64,000 nt of DNA from a virus (Duplodnaviria > Caudoviricetes), in the IMG/VR virus record IMGVR_UViG_3300032272_000009, positions 8,683 through 72,682 of that record; one strand, given 5' to 3'. A program made the position numbers and the translations under genes. Shown here in pieces: positions 27,686-38,151 of this stretch (its first letter is position 1; every line of letters starts with the position of its first letter). The notes under the pieces are model-generated. The model was not told the DNA's origin and did no database searches. It saw only the letters and a program-made list of their open reading frames with translations.

Positions 27686-28203
27686 TACACTGTACCTTTT
27701 TGTGTGATCGTTCCTGTAACTGTAAGATTACCAGAGCTATCAACTTTAAACACTGGCACACCATTAACCCAGATTCGCAATGGTCTAACACCAGATGATG
27801 CCAAATATGCCTCATCAGTATCGACGCCTAGATCAACTGTTCCAGCATTGCCCTCTACTCTCACGTGACAATCGTTTGTCCCTGTATTTACTATCTTCAG
27901 ACCATTAGCATTTGTGCTAGATAGTGCATATTTATATGTTGCATCAACGATACTCCGCACTAATTGATCCCAAACAACGCCATTACTTGCTTCAAACTCA
28001 TTGCGATCTGTATTAAACCTCAGAAAACCGCCTGTTGTGGCTGCTGGACGTAATGCTGTTGTTCCTTTTGACAGCGTTAAAAATCCATCAGTTATACCAA
28101 TGGTGTTTGTTAGAAAGTCAATCATGTTATCAAAGGATGTTTTATAACCACCTTCGGTAACAGCTGCACCTGTAAATAATGATTTATCCGGTAAATTTGG
28201 CAT
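27685..28203 (-). CDS. Tail fibre proximal/adaptor protein
   Basis: LRFNTD..EFE...G..W and DSSGNLTVTG fibre motifs; position. Confidence 0.65.
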   Translation of the reverse strand: MPNLPDKSLFTGAAVTEGGYKTSFDNMIDFLTNTIGITDGFLTLSKGTTALRPAATTGGFLRFNTDRNEFEASNGVVWDQLVRSIVDATYKYALSSTNANGLKIVNTGTNDCHVRVEGNAGTVDLGVDTDEAYLASSGVRPLRIWVNGVPVFKVDSSGNLTVTGTITQKGTV

Positions 28204-28214
28204 TGTTATTCCTC

Positions 28215-31200
28215 TTAATAACCTTGGATGCGCATGTCAATAAGACCTTGAACCTGCGTTGTTGTTCCACTATAACATCTTACTGTTATAGTGGTGTTTG
28301 TTTTTGATATAACCCTGCATGAATCAGCGTTGTTTCCATCAGATTGTAGCACAATACCTACGTTTGTGACAGCAATAAATGTCTTCGTCAGGGTTATAAC
28401 TGTATCTCCAGTCGATGCAACCACTAAATCATTAAACCATTCATTTATATCTGGAACATCCGTAGTCCAAGTCAGTGAATCTAACCGGTTTACATCAACA
28501 GAAATTGGTGATTCTACAATTACAACATAATCATCTGGGGTCAAATTTATAGGAGACGTGTATGGTATCACACCTTGTCCAGACCCTGTGTGTCGCAAAT
28601 ATGATAATGGTACATATTCAATCATTTCACCAAGTGTCAATAGTGCTCCCCATAAAACTATTTCTGCACCAGACGATGGAAAGTTAATATTGATATCTAG
28701 CCAATTATTTATAGCATGCGAAGTAACATCAACGTTTATCCTAGTAAGTTCTGTTGCTCCACTTATCTGTGATGATAGATCAGCAACAGTTCCATCGCCC
28801 AAGTTTACATCCATAGAAGTAATTGTACCTGACTTAACGTATGCCCAAATGCTGAATGAGTATACACCGCCACCTGATGTGTCTATCAACGGAACCTGTC
28901 TTATGATAATACTTGCAGTTGAAGTAGCGGTTATTGTATCTGCCCTATTAACCGTTTGATCAGGAGTTGGGTCGGTGTCTGCTGTCACTGTAAATCTATT
29001 GTACAAATCTGCCCAGTGAATTGTATCAAAAGATTCTGGGTGTGTTAGTAAATTTTCTATTTGTGTAAACGATTCTGGAAATGTTCCATGTGCATAAGAC
29101 GTTTTAATCTCACCATCGCCAACCCAATCAAGAGTTGTTATGCCGCCAGCTGGAATAGAAATGTTGCTTATCCATTTGAAACTATCATTCGGTGATTGCC
29201 ACATCAGTGATATGTCATCTTGCCACATCAATGTGCCAGTTGTTGAGTTCCACATGACGCCAGAAGTGCTTGTATCCACCGACAGTCTGTTGTTGCCATC
29301 AATTACAGGGTTTCCTTGAATTGGGTAGCCATCCCATTTCTCTACGCCTCCAGTTCTCGCAAGCATATATATAGCCCCAGCTCCACCTGCGCCTTCTAAA
29401 TAAGCACCAGATATCGAATCATGACCATCACTTGAAATCGAAACTGATTGTCCAAAATAATCGCCACTACTAGCATCACTTGCTTTTATGTTTTGTTCTT
29501 CAGTCCATACGCTTCCTGATCTTGTGAAAGTATAAGCAGCCCCTGAATTTGAACCATCTCTGCTTTCTCCAGTTGCACCAACTATTGCATTATTTCCATC
29601 GTCAGAAATAGAAACGGATATTCCAAAAAAATCACTACCTTGGATATCACTTGATAATAACTTTTGTTGTTCAGTCCAAACACCAACTGATCTTGTGAAG
29701 ACGTAGGCAGCTCCAGAGTCATATCCGCCTGAATCTTCTCCGTTTGCCCCAATTATTACAGTGTCACCATCTCCAGAGATTGAGACAGATATTCCAAAAT
29801 AGTCGCCTATTCGTGTATCACTAGCCTGTATTTTTTGCTCCTCAGTCCAAGTGCTACCAGACCTTGTAAAAATATAAGCAGCTCCAGCGTCTACACCTGC
29901 TGAAGTTTCGAGATAAGCACCTACTATTGCAGTATTACCGTCACTTGAAATTGAAACTGATTTTCCAAAATACTCAAATGTTTGTAAATCACTAGCCTGT
30001 ATTTTTTGCTCCTCAGTCCAAGTGCTACCAGACCTTGTAAAAATATAAGCAGCTCCAGCGTCTGCACCACCTGTATCTTCAGAATCGGCACCTACTATTA
30101 CATTATTTCCATCTCCAGAAATAGAAACTGATCGCCCAAAAGCGTCACCTGCTTGGATATCACTTGATAATATTTTTTGCTGTTCTGTCCATACCCCAAC
30201 TGACCTCGTAAAAATGTAAGCGGCTCCAGCATTTGCCCCTCCCGTGTCTTCTTCAGTTGCCCCAACTATTGCAGTGTTTCCATCATTTGAAATTGAAACT
30301 GATTTTCCAAAAAAATCATCCAATTGTAAATCACTTGCTTGTATTTTTTGCTCTTCGGTCCAAGTGCTACCTGACTTTGTAAAAATATAAGCAGCTCCAG
30401 CAAGTGACGCCCCAGAGCTTTCGAGATAAGCACCTGCTATTGCAGTGTTGCCGTCTCCAGAGATTGAGACAGATATTCCAAAAGCATCGCCTGCTTGGAT
30501 ATCACTTGATAATATTTTTTGTTCAAATAGACCGATCCCTCCAACAGCTTCAGTAAACAATACATTCTCTGTTGGCCGCTCTCCCATGTTAAATGATATT
30601 TTCCTAGACTCAATTGAAAGATTGTTTGATGTATCAATTGAGCGAATCATTACAGTTTGGGCACCTTGTGGAAGTGCTCTAATTTCAAATGGTGGGCTGA
30701 TTAGTATGCCATCATGAAGTGGCGTTGCTGACAACCAATCTTGTAAGGTTGAGCGCGTATACCTAATAAGAAAACCTTTTAGATCATCTGGCTCTACGCT
30801 ATAAACATAACTCCACCAAAAACGCCTAAAGTTCTCAGCTGTATTTTCTACTGTAAAAACGTCTGGAGCTGGAGGTATTGTTGTGTCGCCTAAAGGTACG
30901 ATAGATACTTGTCTACCAATTGCTGGATCAATATGCTCGCCTGTTTCTGACACAGCAACAACAGAAAAATTATGTTGAATACCAATTATAGGGTTGTTAA
31001 TTGCCAATATTTCTTTACCCCAAACAAATGACGTTTCAGTAGTGTTACCTTCTCTCTCCCAAGTAAAATCGTCAGCTTGTTTATAGATTATATAACTTGT
31101 TGGCACTGTCCCAAATGCTGGCAAATAATCCAAAGTTATCGTTATATAAGACAACTTATTTATCAACATCAATTCTTCAGTAGCAGTCAATGACTCAATA

Positions 31201-33569
31201 ATCAAAGGAACCTTGTTAGGCGTATTTATAGAACCAATATGTGGTGTATACACTGGTACAGGCAAGCTTGCTAGATCAAATAATGCTGGAGCATATTCAA
31301 CGCAAGTTATCTTTGCACTCTTATCTGGATTGACGTCAATATATTTAACTAATAAATCATAGCTTTCTGTACCAGATGAATTAAATATTACCAAGTCTCC
31401 AGCACTTGCACCAGCAACGCCTATATCAACCTCAAGAGGAGAACCTGAGTTGTAATATGCGACAAAACCTTTAATTACGCTACCATTTTGAGGGCGCAAT
31501 TCAAAGTAGTCGACAGCGTTACCATTCATGTCAGGTTTGGTATCCATTGTAAGAACAGTACCATTCACAGCGCGAACCCTTCCAGACGTCCCTCCAGTTT
31601 TTATAACATCATGCTGAAAACCAACGAAACTTCCTCTCTTGCATTCTAACCATTCAAGATCAGTATCGAAAGTTACTGTTTCTCGCCTTAGAGTTGCTTG
31701 TTTTAGCCAGTAGCGCCCATTTCTATATGCTTCATCACTTGATGTAGTTTTTGGACTATCAATAGATTCAAACACTTTTGCATTTGCACTTGTAAACCCG
31801 TCATTGTAAACAATCAATTCACGCATCTGCCATCCTGAATCTGGATCACGAAAGTTTACTTTTACAGCATCAGGCAATTCTGTATATAACAAGCTACTAC
31901 TAAAATTGCTAGTGTTGTGATTTGAGAACAATTGAACTTTTGTTGTTTTTTCCTCTTCAAAAATTATACTATATGTATCGTCATATATATCAGGTGCTGC
32001 TTTGCCTATTGCAGCGATTTCCTTTAGTAGTGAATAAATTGTTGAAGAGTAATCTAACACGAAATTGCATGTATGAGCTTTTGTTGTTCCATGCTCACCT
32101 ATAGTCAATATGTCACAATAATCTGCCCAACGCTTTAGTTCTGTCCAATTTATTCTGTTATCTGCTTTAGGTCGTTGATTTAACTGTCCTGTGAGTATGT
32201 CTGCATATATCCATGCTGGGTTATCTGTCACAATTGGAGCTGTAAAACTAGCCCCATCATATGTTCTTAATTTCGCTGAAGCTATCAAGCTGAAAGAGTC
32301 AATAATACCATTAAGTTGGTCCGTTGCTCTAATGCGCATCTCAATCATAGTGCGTGATACTTGACCACCGTCAATTAATCTTGATTCTCCAAGTGCTGCC
32401 CCAAGTCTGAATGTTCTCAAAACTGAGTAACTACAGCGAGAATTTGTTGCTATTCCATTTGTTGAGCTTGCTGAGCGCGTCAACTCAAGCGTTACAGTGT
32501 CTGTTACGATAGTAGGTGTGATCTGAAGTGATATACCAAATCCATCATCAGTCATGCCTTCCACCTTAAACGAATCAAGTGTTGGGTATGTAATAGTCAG
32601 TGTTTGATCTGGAAGAGCGTATAGTGTGTATTCTGATGTAGTCATCAGTGTTCCGCCGGCATCTCTCAATACAACTGTAAAAGTCACATCCTCTGCAACG
32701 TCTTCATTGTTGTTATCTACACCATACAGCCCATTTGAGAACATTATATCGAACTGAATATATTTTTGTTCTGTTTTTGATGTTCTTATTACTGCTGGAT
32801 CACCAGTTGTCATTTCTATATTGATTGCTTCAGATTCGATATCATTAGTAAAAAATACTAAATCCTCTGGTGACGTCACATTTAATACATTGTATGAAAC
32901 TTCTTCGTAATCAGTAATCGCTGTATCACCAATTTTTAAATCTGAGACGCTAATGTCTCCATATCCTAAGTCAAACAATAGATAGACATATTGTGAACCA
33001 CTATGAGAAACAGTAAATGACTGAGCAGCATACGGTGGAAACATTTTTACTGTTCCATACACGCACTGGCAAGATTTGTTGTAAGAAGCTTGGTTTTTTG
33101 AACCACCAATTGTTAGCGCTGGTGAACTATCTCTTGACGATTTTGCAGCACCTATTGCACCAGAACCATCAGGTGGTGGAAACAAAGCATTCATTGCCAA
33201 AGAGCTTGCCATTGAGACACCAACAGTAAAAGCCGCTGCACCAAATGTTCCAGCTCCAAACATGGTTGCTCCAGCACCACCTGACCATACAGTTATAGCG
33301 ATCATCGCAATCATCTTAAGCAACCCGCCATTATCTCCACCTTGTGGAACTATGACTATTTTTACATTTACGCCTTCTTTAGGTTTGATCTTATCAAGGT
33401 ATTTGTTATCTACAAGATAACCGTTAATGTACACATGAATGCTTTCTTCCAATCCTGAAGGAAGTTTTATATCATCAATTATTTCTTGGAGTGTTTTACC
33501 TACAGGAATAGACGTATGAACATCATTCTTTGAAGTAGTGAATTGTTTTTTAAGATGTACTTGGGGCAT
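28215..33569 (-). CDS. Central tail / host-specificity protein (TipJ-like) with FG-GAP propeller insertion
   Basis: 1784 aa; YGTVKMFPPYAA, NPAWIYADIL, FNY/FnIII-like segments; follows NlpC/P60. Confidence 0.88.
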   Translation of the reverse strand: MPQVHLKKQFTTSKNDVHTSIPVGKTLQEIIDDIKLPSGLEESIHVYINGYLVDNKYLDKIKPKEGVNVKIVIVPQGGDNGGLLKMIAMIAITVWSGGAGATMFGAGTFGAAAFTVGVSMASSLAMNALFPPPDGSGAIGAAKSSRDSSPALTIGGSKNQASYNKSCQCVYGTVKMFPPYAAQSFTVSHSGSQYVYLLFDLGYGDISVSDLKIGDTAITDYEEVSYNVLNVTSPEDLVFFTNDIESEAINIEMTTGDPAVIRTSKTEQKYIQFDIMFSNGLYGVDNNNEDVAEDVTFTVVLRDAGGTLMTTSEYTLYALPDQTLTITYPTLDSFKVEGMTDDGFGISLQITPTIVTDTVTLELTRSASSTNGIATNSRCSYSVLRTFRLGAALGESRLIDGGQVSRTMIEMRIRATDQLNGIIDSFSLIASAKLRTYDGASFTAPIVTDNPAWIYADILTGQLNQRPKADNRINWTELKRWADYCDILTIGEHGTTKAHTCNFVLDYSSTIYSLLKEIAAIGKAAPDIYDDTYSIIFEEEKTTKVQLFSNHNTSNFSSSLLYTELPDAVKVNFRDPDSGWQMRELIVYNDGFTSANAKVFESIDSPKTTSSDEAYRNGRYWLKQATLRRETVTFDTDLEWLECKRGSFVGFQHDVIKTGGTSGRVRAVNGTVLTMDTKPDMNGNAVDYFELRPQNGSVIKGFVAYYNSGSPLEVDIGVAGASAGDLVIFNSSGTESYDLLVKYIDVNPDKSAKITCVEYAPALFDLASLPVPVYTPHIGSINTPNKVPLIIESLTATEELMLINKLSYITITLDYLPAFGTVPTSYIIYKQADDFTWEREGNTTETSFVWGKEILAINNPIIGIQHNFSVVAVSETGEHIDPAIGRQVSIVPLGDTTIPPAPDVFTVENTAENFRRFWWSYVYSVEPDDLKGFLIRYTRSTLQDWLSATPLHDGILISPPFEIRALPQGAQTVMIRSIDTSNNLSIESRKISFNMGERPTENVLFTEAVGGIGLFEQKILSSDIQAGDAFGISVSISGDGNTAIAGAYLESSGASLAGAAYIFTKSGSTWTEEQKIQASDLQLDDFFGKSVSISNDGNTAIVGATEEDTGGANAGAAYIFTRSVGVWTEQQKILSSDIQAGDAFGRSVSISGDGNNVIVGADSEDTGGADAGAAYIFTRSGSTWTEEQKIQASDLQTFEYFGKSVSISSDGNTAIVGAYLETSAGVDAGAAYIFTRSGSTWTEEQKIQASDTRIGDYFGISVSISGDGDTVIIGANGEDSGGYDSGAAYVFTRSVGVWTEQQKLLSSDIQGSDFFGISVSISDDGNNAIVGATGESRDGSNSGAAYTFTRSGSVWTEEQNIKASDASSGDYFGQSVSISSDGHDSISGAYLEGAGGAGAIYMLARTGGVEKWDGYPIQGNPVIDGNNRLSVDTSTSGVMWNSTTGTLMWQDDISLMWQSPNDSFKWISNISIPAGGITTLDWVGDGEIKTSYAHGTFPESFTQIENLLTHPESFDTIHWADLYNRFTVTADTDPTPDQTVNRADTITATSTASIIIRQVPLIDTSGGGVYSFSIWAYVKSGTITSMDVNLGDGTVADLSSQISGATELTRINVDVTSHAINNWLDININFPSSGAEIVLWGALLTLGEMIEYVPLSYLRHTGSGQGVIPYTSPINLTPDDYVVIVESPISVDVNRLDSLTWTTDVPDINEWFNDLVVASTGDTVITLTKTFIAVTNVGIVLQSDGNNADSCRVISKTNTTITVRCYSGTTTQVQGLIDMRIQGY
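29345..30530 (-). repeat. Seven tandem 57-aa FG-GAP repeats (171-bp period)
   Basis: EQKI.ASD...GD.FG.SVSIS.DG.T.IVGA..E..GG..AGAAY.FTRSG..WT x7. Confidence 0.92.
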
Positions 33570-33960
33570 ATCTATAAAATCCTATAACGCGCTGTTTCCA
33601 TTTCTTACTTGAATAATCTGCCAGTGATGACGAACCGCCTAAGCATAAATTATGTATAAACAATTTGTCTCCAACAACGACCCCAACATGTTTAGGATAT
33701 CCACCAATCACCAAGTAAACGACATCTCCAGCTTGTGGGACAGTGACTTCGATCCAATCTACCTTGTTATCATTATATATTTCAGTTAAGTCTTTATTTT
33801 TACTTTCAATTGTATATTCATTACTATAGGACGGCAGGTTTATACCAAACACTTCTTTATATATCAATCTAACCAATCCGTAACAGTCACATTTGTTCTT
33901 ATCACGACCATTTAGCTCATATGGTATACCGATATACTTGTTAGCCCATTCTGCAATCAT
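33550..33960 (-). CDS. NlpC/P60 tail-tip protein
   Basis: YIGIPYELNGR....CDCYGLV...HVGV. Confidence 0.9.
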   Translation of the reverse strand: MIAEWANKYIGIPYELNGRDKNKCDCYGLVRLIYKEVFGINLPSYSNEYTIESKNKDLTEIYNDNKVDWIEVTVPQAGDVVYLVIGGYPKHVGVVVGDKLFIHNLCLGGSSSLADYSSKKWKQRVIGFYRYAPSTS

Positions 33961-34415
33961 TAAAACAACCCCGGGAATCCAATGGCATCATATATATCTG
34001 ATGGTATTAGCTGGTTCAAATCATCATCTGCCATTAGTTGCGCCATTATAGACATTGAATCATATTGAACGCTTCGAATAACCAAGTCACTTATTGACTG
34101 TTCAACTGTCTCGGTGTCACCTGAAAAAATCAACTCAATTGATACTTGTATTGGTGCTACCAGTGTTCTTGCCCAGTCTATCATCTCTAGTGATACATTA
34201 TCAATCTTTAAATCCACCGTTTGTAATGTTTCGCCATCATCAGGAGATGTATCGACCTGTAATGGCATTGCTGTGTATACATTACCTCGGCTTGTTATAT
34301 CAACTAGATTGTTAACCAAACGAACTGGTGTGCCATCATATATTGTTATAAGCATCAATACAGCTTGGTCTTTATCACGACTGCGAATTTGTGATTGAGC
34401 GTTTACACTAGCCAT
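33960..34415 (-). CDS. Tail-tip protein (DUF1833 / lambda L-like)
   Basis: RLVNNLVDI.S.G.VY.A.P; C-terminal FPGLF; synteny. Confidence 0.8.
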   Translation of the reverse strand: MASVNAQSQIRSRDKDQAVLMLITIYDGTPVRLVNNLVDITSRGNVYTAMPLQVDTSPDDGETLQTVDLKIDNVSLEMIDWARTLVAPIQVSIELIFSGDTETVEQSISDLVIRSVQYDSMSIMAQLMADDDLNQLIPSDIYDAIGFPGLF

Positions 34416-34762
34416 TAATAAGTTTCCAGATTAAGTGTGACGTCATATGTTATACCACCAACATGTGTGATTACTGGTGGTGATACAAACCGCATCTCCC
34501 GAACAACAGAATCAATAGGGTTAAGTAAATCGAATGTTAATACCTTGTTAAGTGTTACATTATAAAAAGTATTAAATATTGCTATCTGATCCTGAGACAT
34601 ACGCATCTTACCGCTTATGTCAGTTATAGTTGTTGTATATCGATTACGCATTGAAGGTAAACCGATATCGTTCTCAGTTCTTATAACTGTATTCCTAGGA
34701 GACTCGCTGTATGCTTGACCTAGAAAGAATTCAGGTAGAGTTACGGGCCATGTTGCAGCCAT
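34415..34762 (-). CDS. Distal tail / minor tail protein
   Basis: WPVTLP, VIRTENDIG, RF..PP; directly after the tape measure gene. Confidence 0.8.
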   Translation of the reverse strand: MAATWPVTLPEFFLGQAYSESPRNTVIRTENDIGLPSMRNRYTTTITDISGKMRMSQDQIAIFNTFYNVTLNKVLTFDLLNPIDSVVREMRFVSPPVITHVGGITYDVTLNLETY

Positions 34763-37700
34763 TATCTTCCTCCTTGTCTTTGGATACCATACGGTTTGAG
34801 AAGTTTATCCATTTTACCTGATTGTACCATTGTTCCTACAGCCTGTTCAACCATGATGCGAATTACTTTCTCACCATTCTCATTTGTTGTTGTTTCTTGT
34901 TTTATTTCTGCTTGCGAATTATTAATTACGTTTACATGGACTACAGTATCGCCACCACCATTTGACATTATGCCTAATGAACCATCACGGCCACGCTTCA
35001 ATGGCATAATTGCTTCTTCACCAGCCTCACCCATAAGACCAACACCTTTTGCAAATGGGAATACAGTTGGTTTATCAACGACTGTGTTTGAGTAGCTAGA
35101 AATTCCTCTACCTGAGAATGTCCCGCCCTTTGCAGCAACTTGTGTGATTGGGTTAGGAGCTACCGAAGGCTTGACAGACGTTTTTACTGTTGGTGTTCCG
35201 AATCCCATAAAATCTAAAGACTGCAAAATGAGAGTTTTAACTATCATTCTTTGCAGATCAGCAAGGATAGATTCAGTCATACTTCTGAATGCTTCTTTAC
35301 CTTCGGACCCACCAATCACAAATGAGTTAGTCATCCCGTCTAAAAATGTTGTTGAAGATTCTGAAATAAGCTCAAACGTAGTTTTAGCACTATTTCTAAA
35401 ATCTTGCAGACCTTTATCCATGCCTCGAATGGCTTGTTCATTTTGAGTAAGCTCATTTCTAAGAGATTTAGACTGATTAACCTGAGCATTCATACTCTCA
35501 GTAAGCAAGCGAAGTTGGCGGCTGTGTTCCTCTTCAGAAAGATTCAATCTATCTTTTGCAACAGTAAGGGTTTTTATCTCTATGTTATAAGCTCTAATTG
35601 CAGATGCGCCAGAGTCAAATTTCTGCTCAAGATTTGATGTAAAATCATCGTCTTTCTTTTGAAGAAGTGCATCTCTCTGGTCTGCAAGAATTTTTGTCTG
35701 CTCAATTAGAACATCATTCATTGTTCCTATTTTTAATTTTGCGAACTCTGCTTCACTACCGTACTGTTTCATGTTTTCTTTAAGAGATATAACGCTCTTA
35801 TCATAATCAGAAACAATACTAGCTTTATCGAAACCAAGTGTAGCTGAGATATCTCCTTTAAGTTTTGCAGTATTTGCAAGTGCAGCATTACCAACACTGT
35901 TTATACTTGCGGTCACACTATCCATGTGATCTTTAATTTCTTTAAGTTTTTTAGCATCAAGTTTTGCTATCAACTCAGCAGCAATTTCAGGCGTTGTTGT
36001 GCTAAGCTGCTCTGGAGCTTGCTTCTTTTTCAAGCCAATAACTCTAGCCTCTGCGGAAGACTCAACAGCTAACACCTCTTTCGCAAATTTTTTCTTTATA
36101 GCTAAAATTTTACCGGTTGTTTTTAACTCTTCTTCTATTTTCTCAATGTTTATATTAGTTTTGAAACCTTTTAATCTTAATTCACCGTCTATTTCTTTTT
36201 TGATTACTTGATCTATCTTTATTTTTGTTGATTCATCAAGTGTTTTGTTAAGATCAGCCATGACGTCATCAGCAATACCGCCAGCTTCACCTAATGCATG
36301 TAGCTCATTTTTTTGTTTTATAAGATTTCGAGTAAGAGTCTCATTCTTTTTAATTGTTGCAATGCTTTTACCACCACGCAACTTGTCAATAAGCTCTAAA
36401 GTTTTTTGATTTTCACTAAATACTCTATTTTCTTCACGAATTGCTTGTATTTTATCATCTGCCGCCTTTTTGGCTATATCTCCAGCAGAAGTTCCAGTTA
36501 AAACTTTATACTTTTCTTCAAGAGAAGCTATAAGTGCTTTCTGTTGTTCGATTTGTTTAAGTCTTATCTCTATGATTCTATCTGCGTGACCTTTAGTTAT
36601 AACATCGGCGTCACTAGATTTAATCAATATGCTTTTTTGAAGCTCAGCTTGCCACATAGCAAGTCTTTTTCTAGCCGTTTTTGTATCTTTCAGCGTAGAA
36701 TCTAACTGCCCTTGTTCAATAGATTCGGCTGTTCCAATAAAGAATTCACTTAGTGAATTCATAATGTCTTTAGATACTGTTGTGTTTGAAATCTTAGAGA
36801 CTAGATTATCCCATGACGATGACAATCTACCAAGTGAAGCCTCAACAGTATTCGTTGCATCTGGAAAACCTTCTAATAGAACTTTAGTTCTACTGAATGC
36901 CTCTATCAATACTTTATTGGTCAGCAAACCTTGTGAAGAGAGTTCTTTTAGTGAAGATGTACTTCTACCAAACATGTCTCGCAATGCTACAGTAAGCAAT
37001 GGTAAATTTTCTGTTACAGAGCGATACTCATCACCCATCAGGCGTCCAGCAGACATTGCCTGTGTGATCTGGATTAATGCCCCTGTCATCTCCTGTGTGC
37101 TTGTACCAGTGGCCCTAGCACTCTGAACCAGTGTGCTTGACCATTCAGCCATAGTATCAATGTTAAATGCCCTGTTAGTCACTACAGCAAACCTAGTGAT
37201 AATCTTGTTTGCAGCCGCCATATTCATACCGACGTCTTGTGTCATACTAAAAAGCTTTTTGTATGCGCCGGAATCACCAGTCAGGAATGTGAGTTTTTGA
37301 TCTAATAATTTTATTGCTTCTGCTGTCTTTTCAAACTCAACGAACATTTTAACTGCTCTTATAGCAGCATAAGCACCAAGCAATAGGCGTGAGTATACAC
37401 TAACCAGCCTTGCAGCTTTAGCCATGCGCATCTGGCTAGTTATCATCTTATGGTTTTCGTTAACTACTGCTTTTATTCTTTTTCTTTGTTCATTTAAAAG
37501 CTTATTGTATTGAGCCGTGTTGATAGAACCATTCTTCAATAATAAATTTAATTGTTTTTGAGCAACAGATACTTTGTTTTTTATAGCATAATCTTTGCTG
37601 AATCGCATTTCAGCTTCATGCAATTGATCAGATTGTTTTTTTAGAGCTGCATTAAGCTTTTTGGTTTCTGCTATTTTTGTTTTATATGCTTGTGTACCCC

Positions 37701-38133
37701 TGTTAAGCATAGCCGCTTCTCTATTAAAAATAGCATTAGCTTCTTTTTGAGTTTTTAATCCTGATGCGGTTACTATGCGTAACTCTTTTCTTATCTCTAT
37801 GAGTTTGCGTTCCACCATTGCTGACTCATCATATTTGCGATTAAGTTTATCAGCTAGTGCAACATGTGATTTTTGAGTGTCAGTAAGTTTGCTATAACTC
37901 TGCTTCTGATCGTGCATCAAAGTTATAGATTTTAGAATTGCTTGATTGGCTTTTTGAGTAGATTTAATGTATCCACGGAATACATTAGAACCTCCACCTT
38001 GTGCCGTTGCTCTAGTTTCTGCTTGGAATTTCTTTAGTGTTTTGCTTGCGGCGGTTGTCCCATCAGCAAACTTTCTCATCTGCTCCGTGGCCGATGTTGC
38101 GTCTAACTTAATTGATGCGCCGAATTCAACCAT
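34762..38133 (-). CDS. Tail tape measure protein
   Basis: 1123 aa helical; QITQAMSAGRL.GDEYRSV.EN (tape_meas domain); C-terminal FAKG.GLMGEAGEEAIMPL. Confidence 0.92.
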   Translation of the reverse strand: MVEFGASIKLDATSATEQMRKFADGTTAASKTLKKFQAETRATAQGGGSNVFRGYIKSTQKANQAILKSITLMHDQKQSYSKLTDTQKSHVALADKLNRKYDESAMVERKLIEIRKELRIVTASGLKTQKEANAIFNREAAMLNRGTQAYKTKIAETKKLNAALKKQSDQLHEAEMRFSKDYAIKNKVSVAQKQLNLLLKNGSINTAQYNKLLNEQRKRIKAVVNENHKMITSQMRMAKAARLVSVYSRLLLGAYAAIRAVKMFVEFEKTAEAIKLLDQKLTFLTGDSGAYKKLFSMTQDVGMNMAAANKIITRFAVVTNRAFNIDTMAEWSSTLVQSARATGTSTQEMTGALIQITQAMSAGRLMGDEYRSVTENLPLLTVALRDMFGRSTSSLKELSSQGLLTNKVLIEAFSRTKVLLEGFPDATNTVEASLGRLSSSWDNLVSKISNTTVSKDIMNSLSEFFIGTAESIEQGQLDSTLKDTKTARKRLAMWQAELQKSILIKSSDADVITKGHADRIIEIRLKQIEQQKALIASLEEKYKVLTGTSAGDIAKKAADDKIQAIREENRVFSENQKTLELIDKLRGGKSIATIKKNETLTRNLIKQKNELHALGEAGGIADDVMADLNKTLDESTKIKIDQVIKKEIDGELRLKGFKTNINIEKIEEELKTTGKILAIKKKFAKEVLAVESSAEARVIGLKKKQAPEQLSTTTPEIAAELIAKLDAKKLKEIKDHMDSVTASINSVGNAALANTAKLKGDISATLGFDKASIVSDYDKSVISLKENMKQYGSEAEFAKLKIGTMNDVLIEQTKILADQRDALLQKKDDDFTSNLEQKFDSGASAIRAYNIEIKTLTVAKDRLNLSEEEHSRQLRLLTESMNAQVNQSKSLRNELTQNEQAIRGMDKGLQDFRNSAKTTFELISESSTTFLDGMTNSFVIGGSEGKEAFRSMTESILADLQRMIVKTLILQSLDFMGFGTPTVKTSVKPSVAPNPITQVAAKGGTFSGRGISSYSNTVVDKPTVFPFAKGVGLMGEAGEEAIMPLKRGRDGSLGIMSNGGGDTVVHVNVINNSQAEIKQETTTNENGEKVIRIMVEQAVGTMVQSGKMDKLLKPYGIQRQGGR

Positions 38134-38151
38134 TGAAATCCATCCTACATT

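Noticed and set aside
26606-33569. Diversity-generating retroelement targeting the tail adhesins
   Set aside because: No reverse transcriptase, and no template/variable repeat pair differing at adenines. The repeats seen are in-frame propeller blades.
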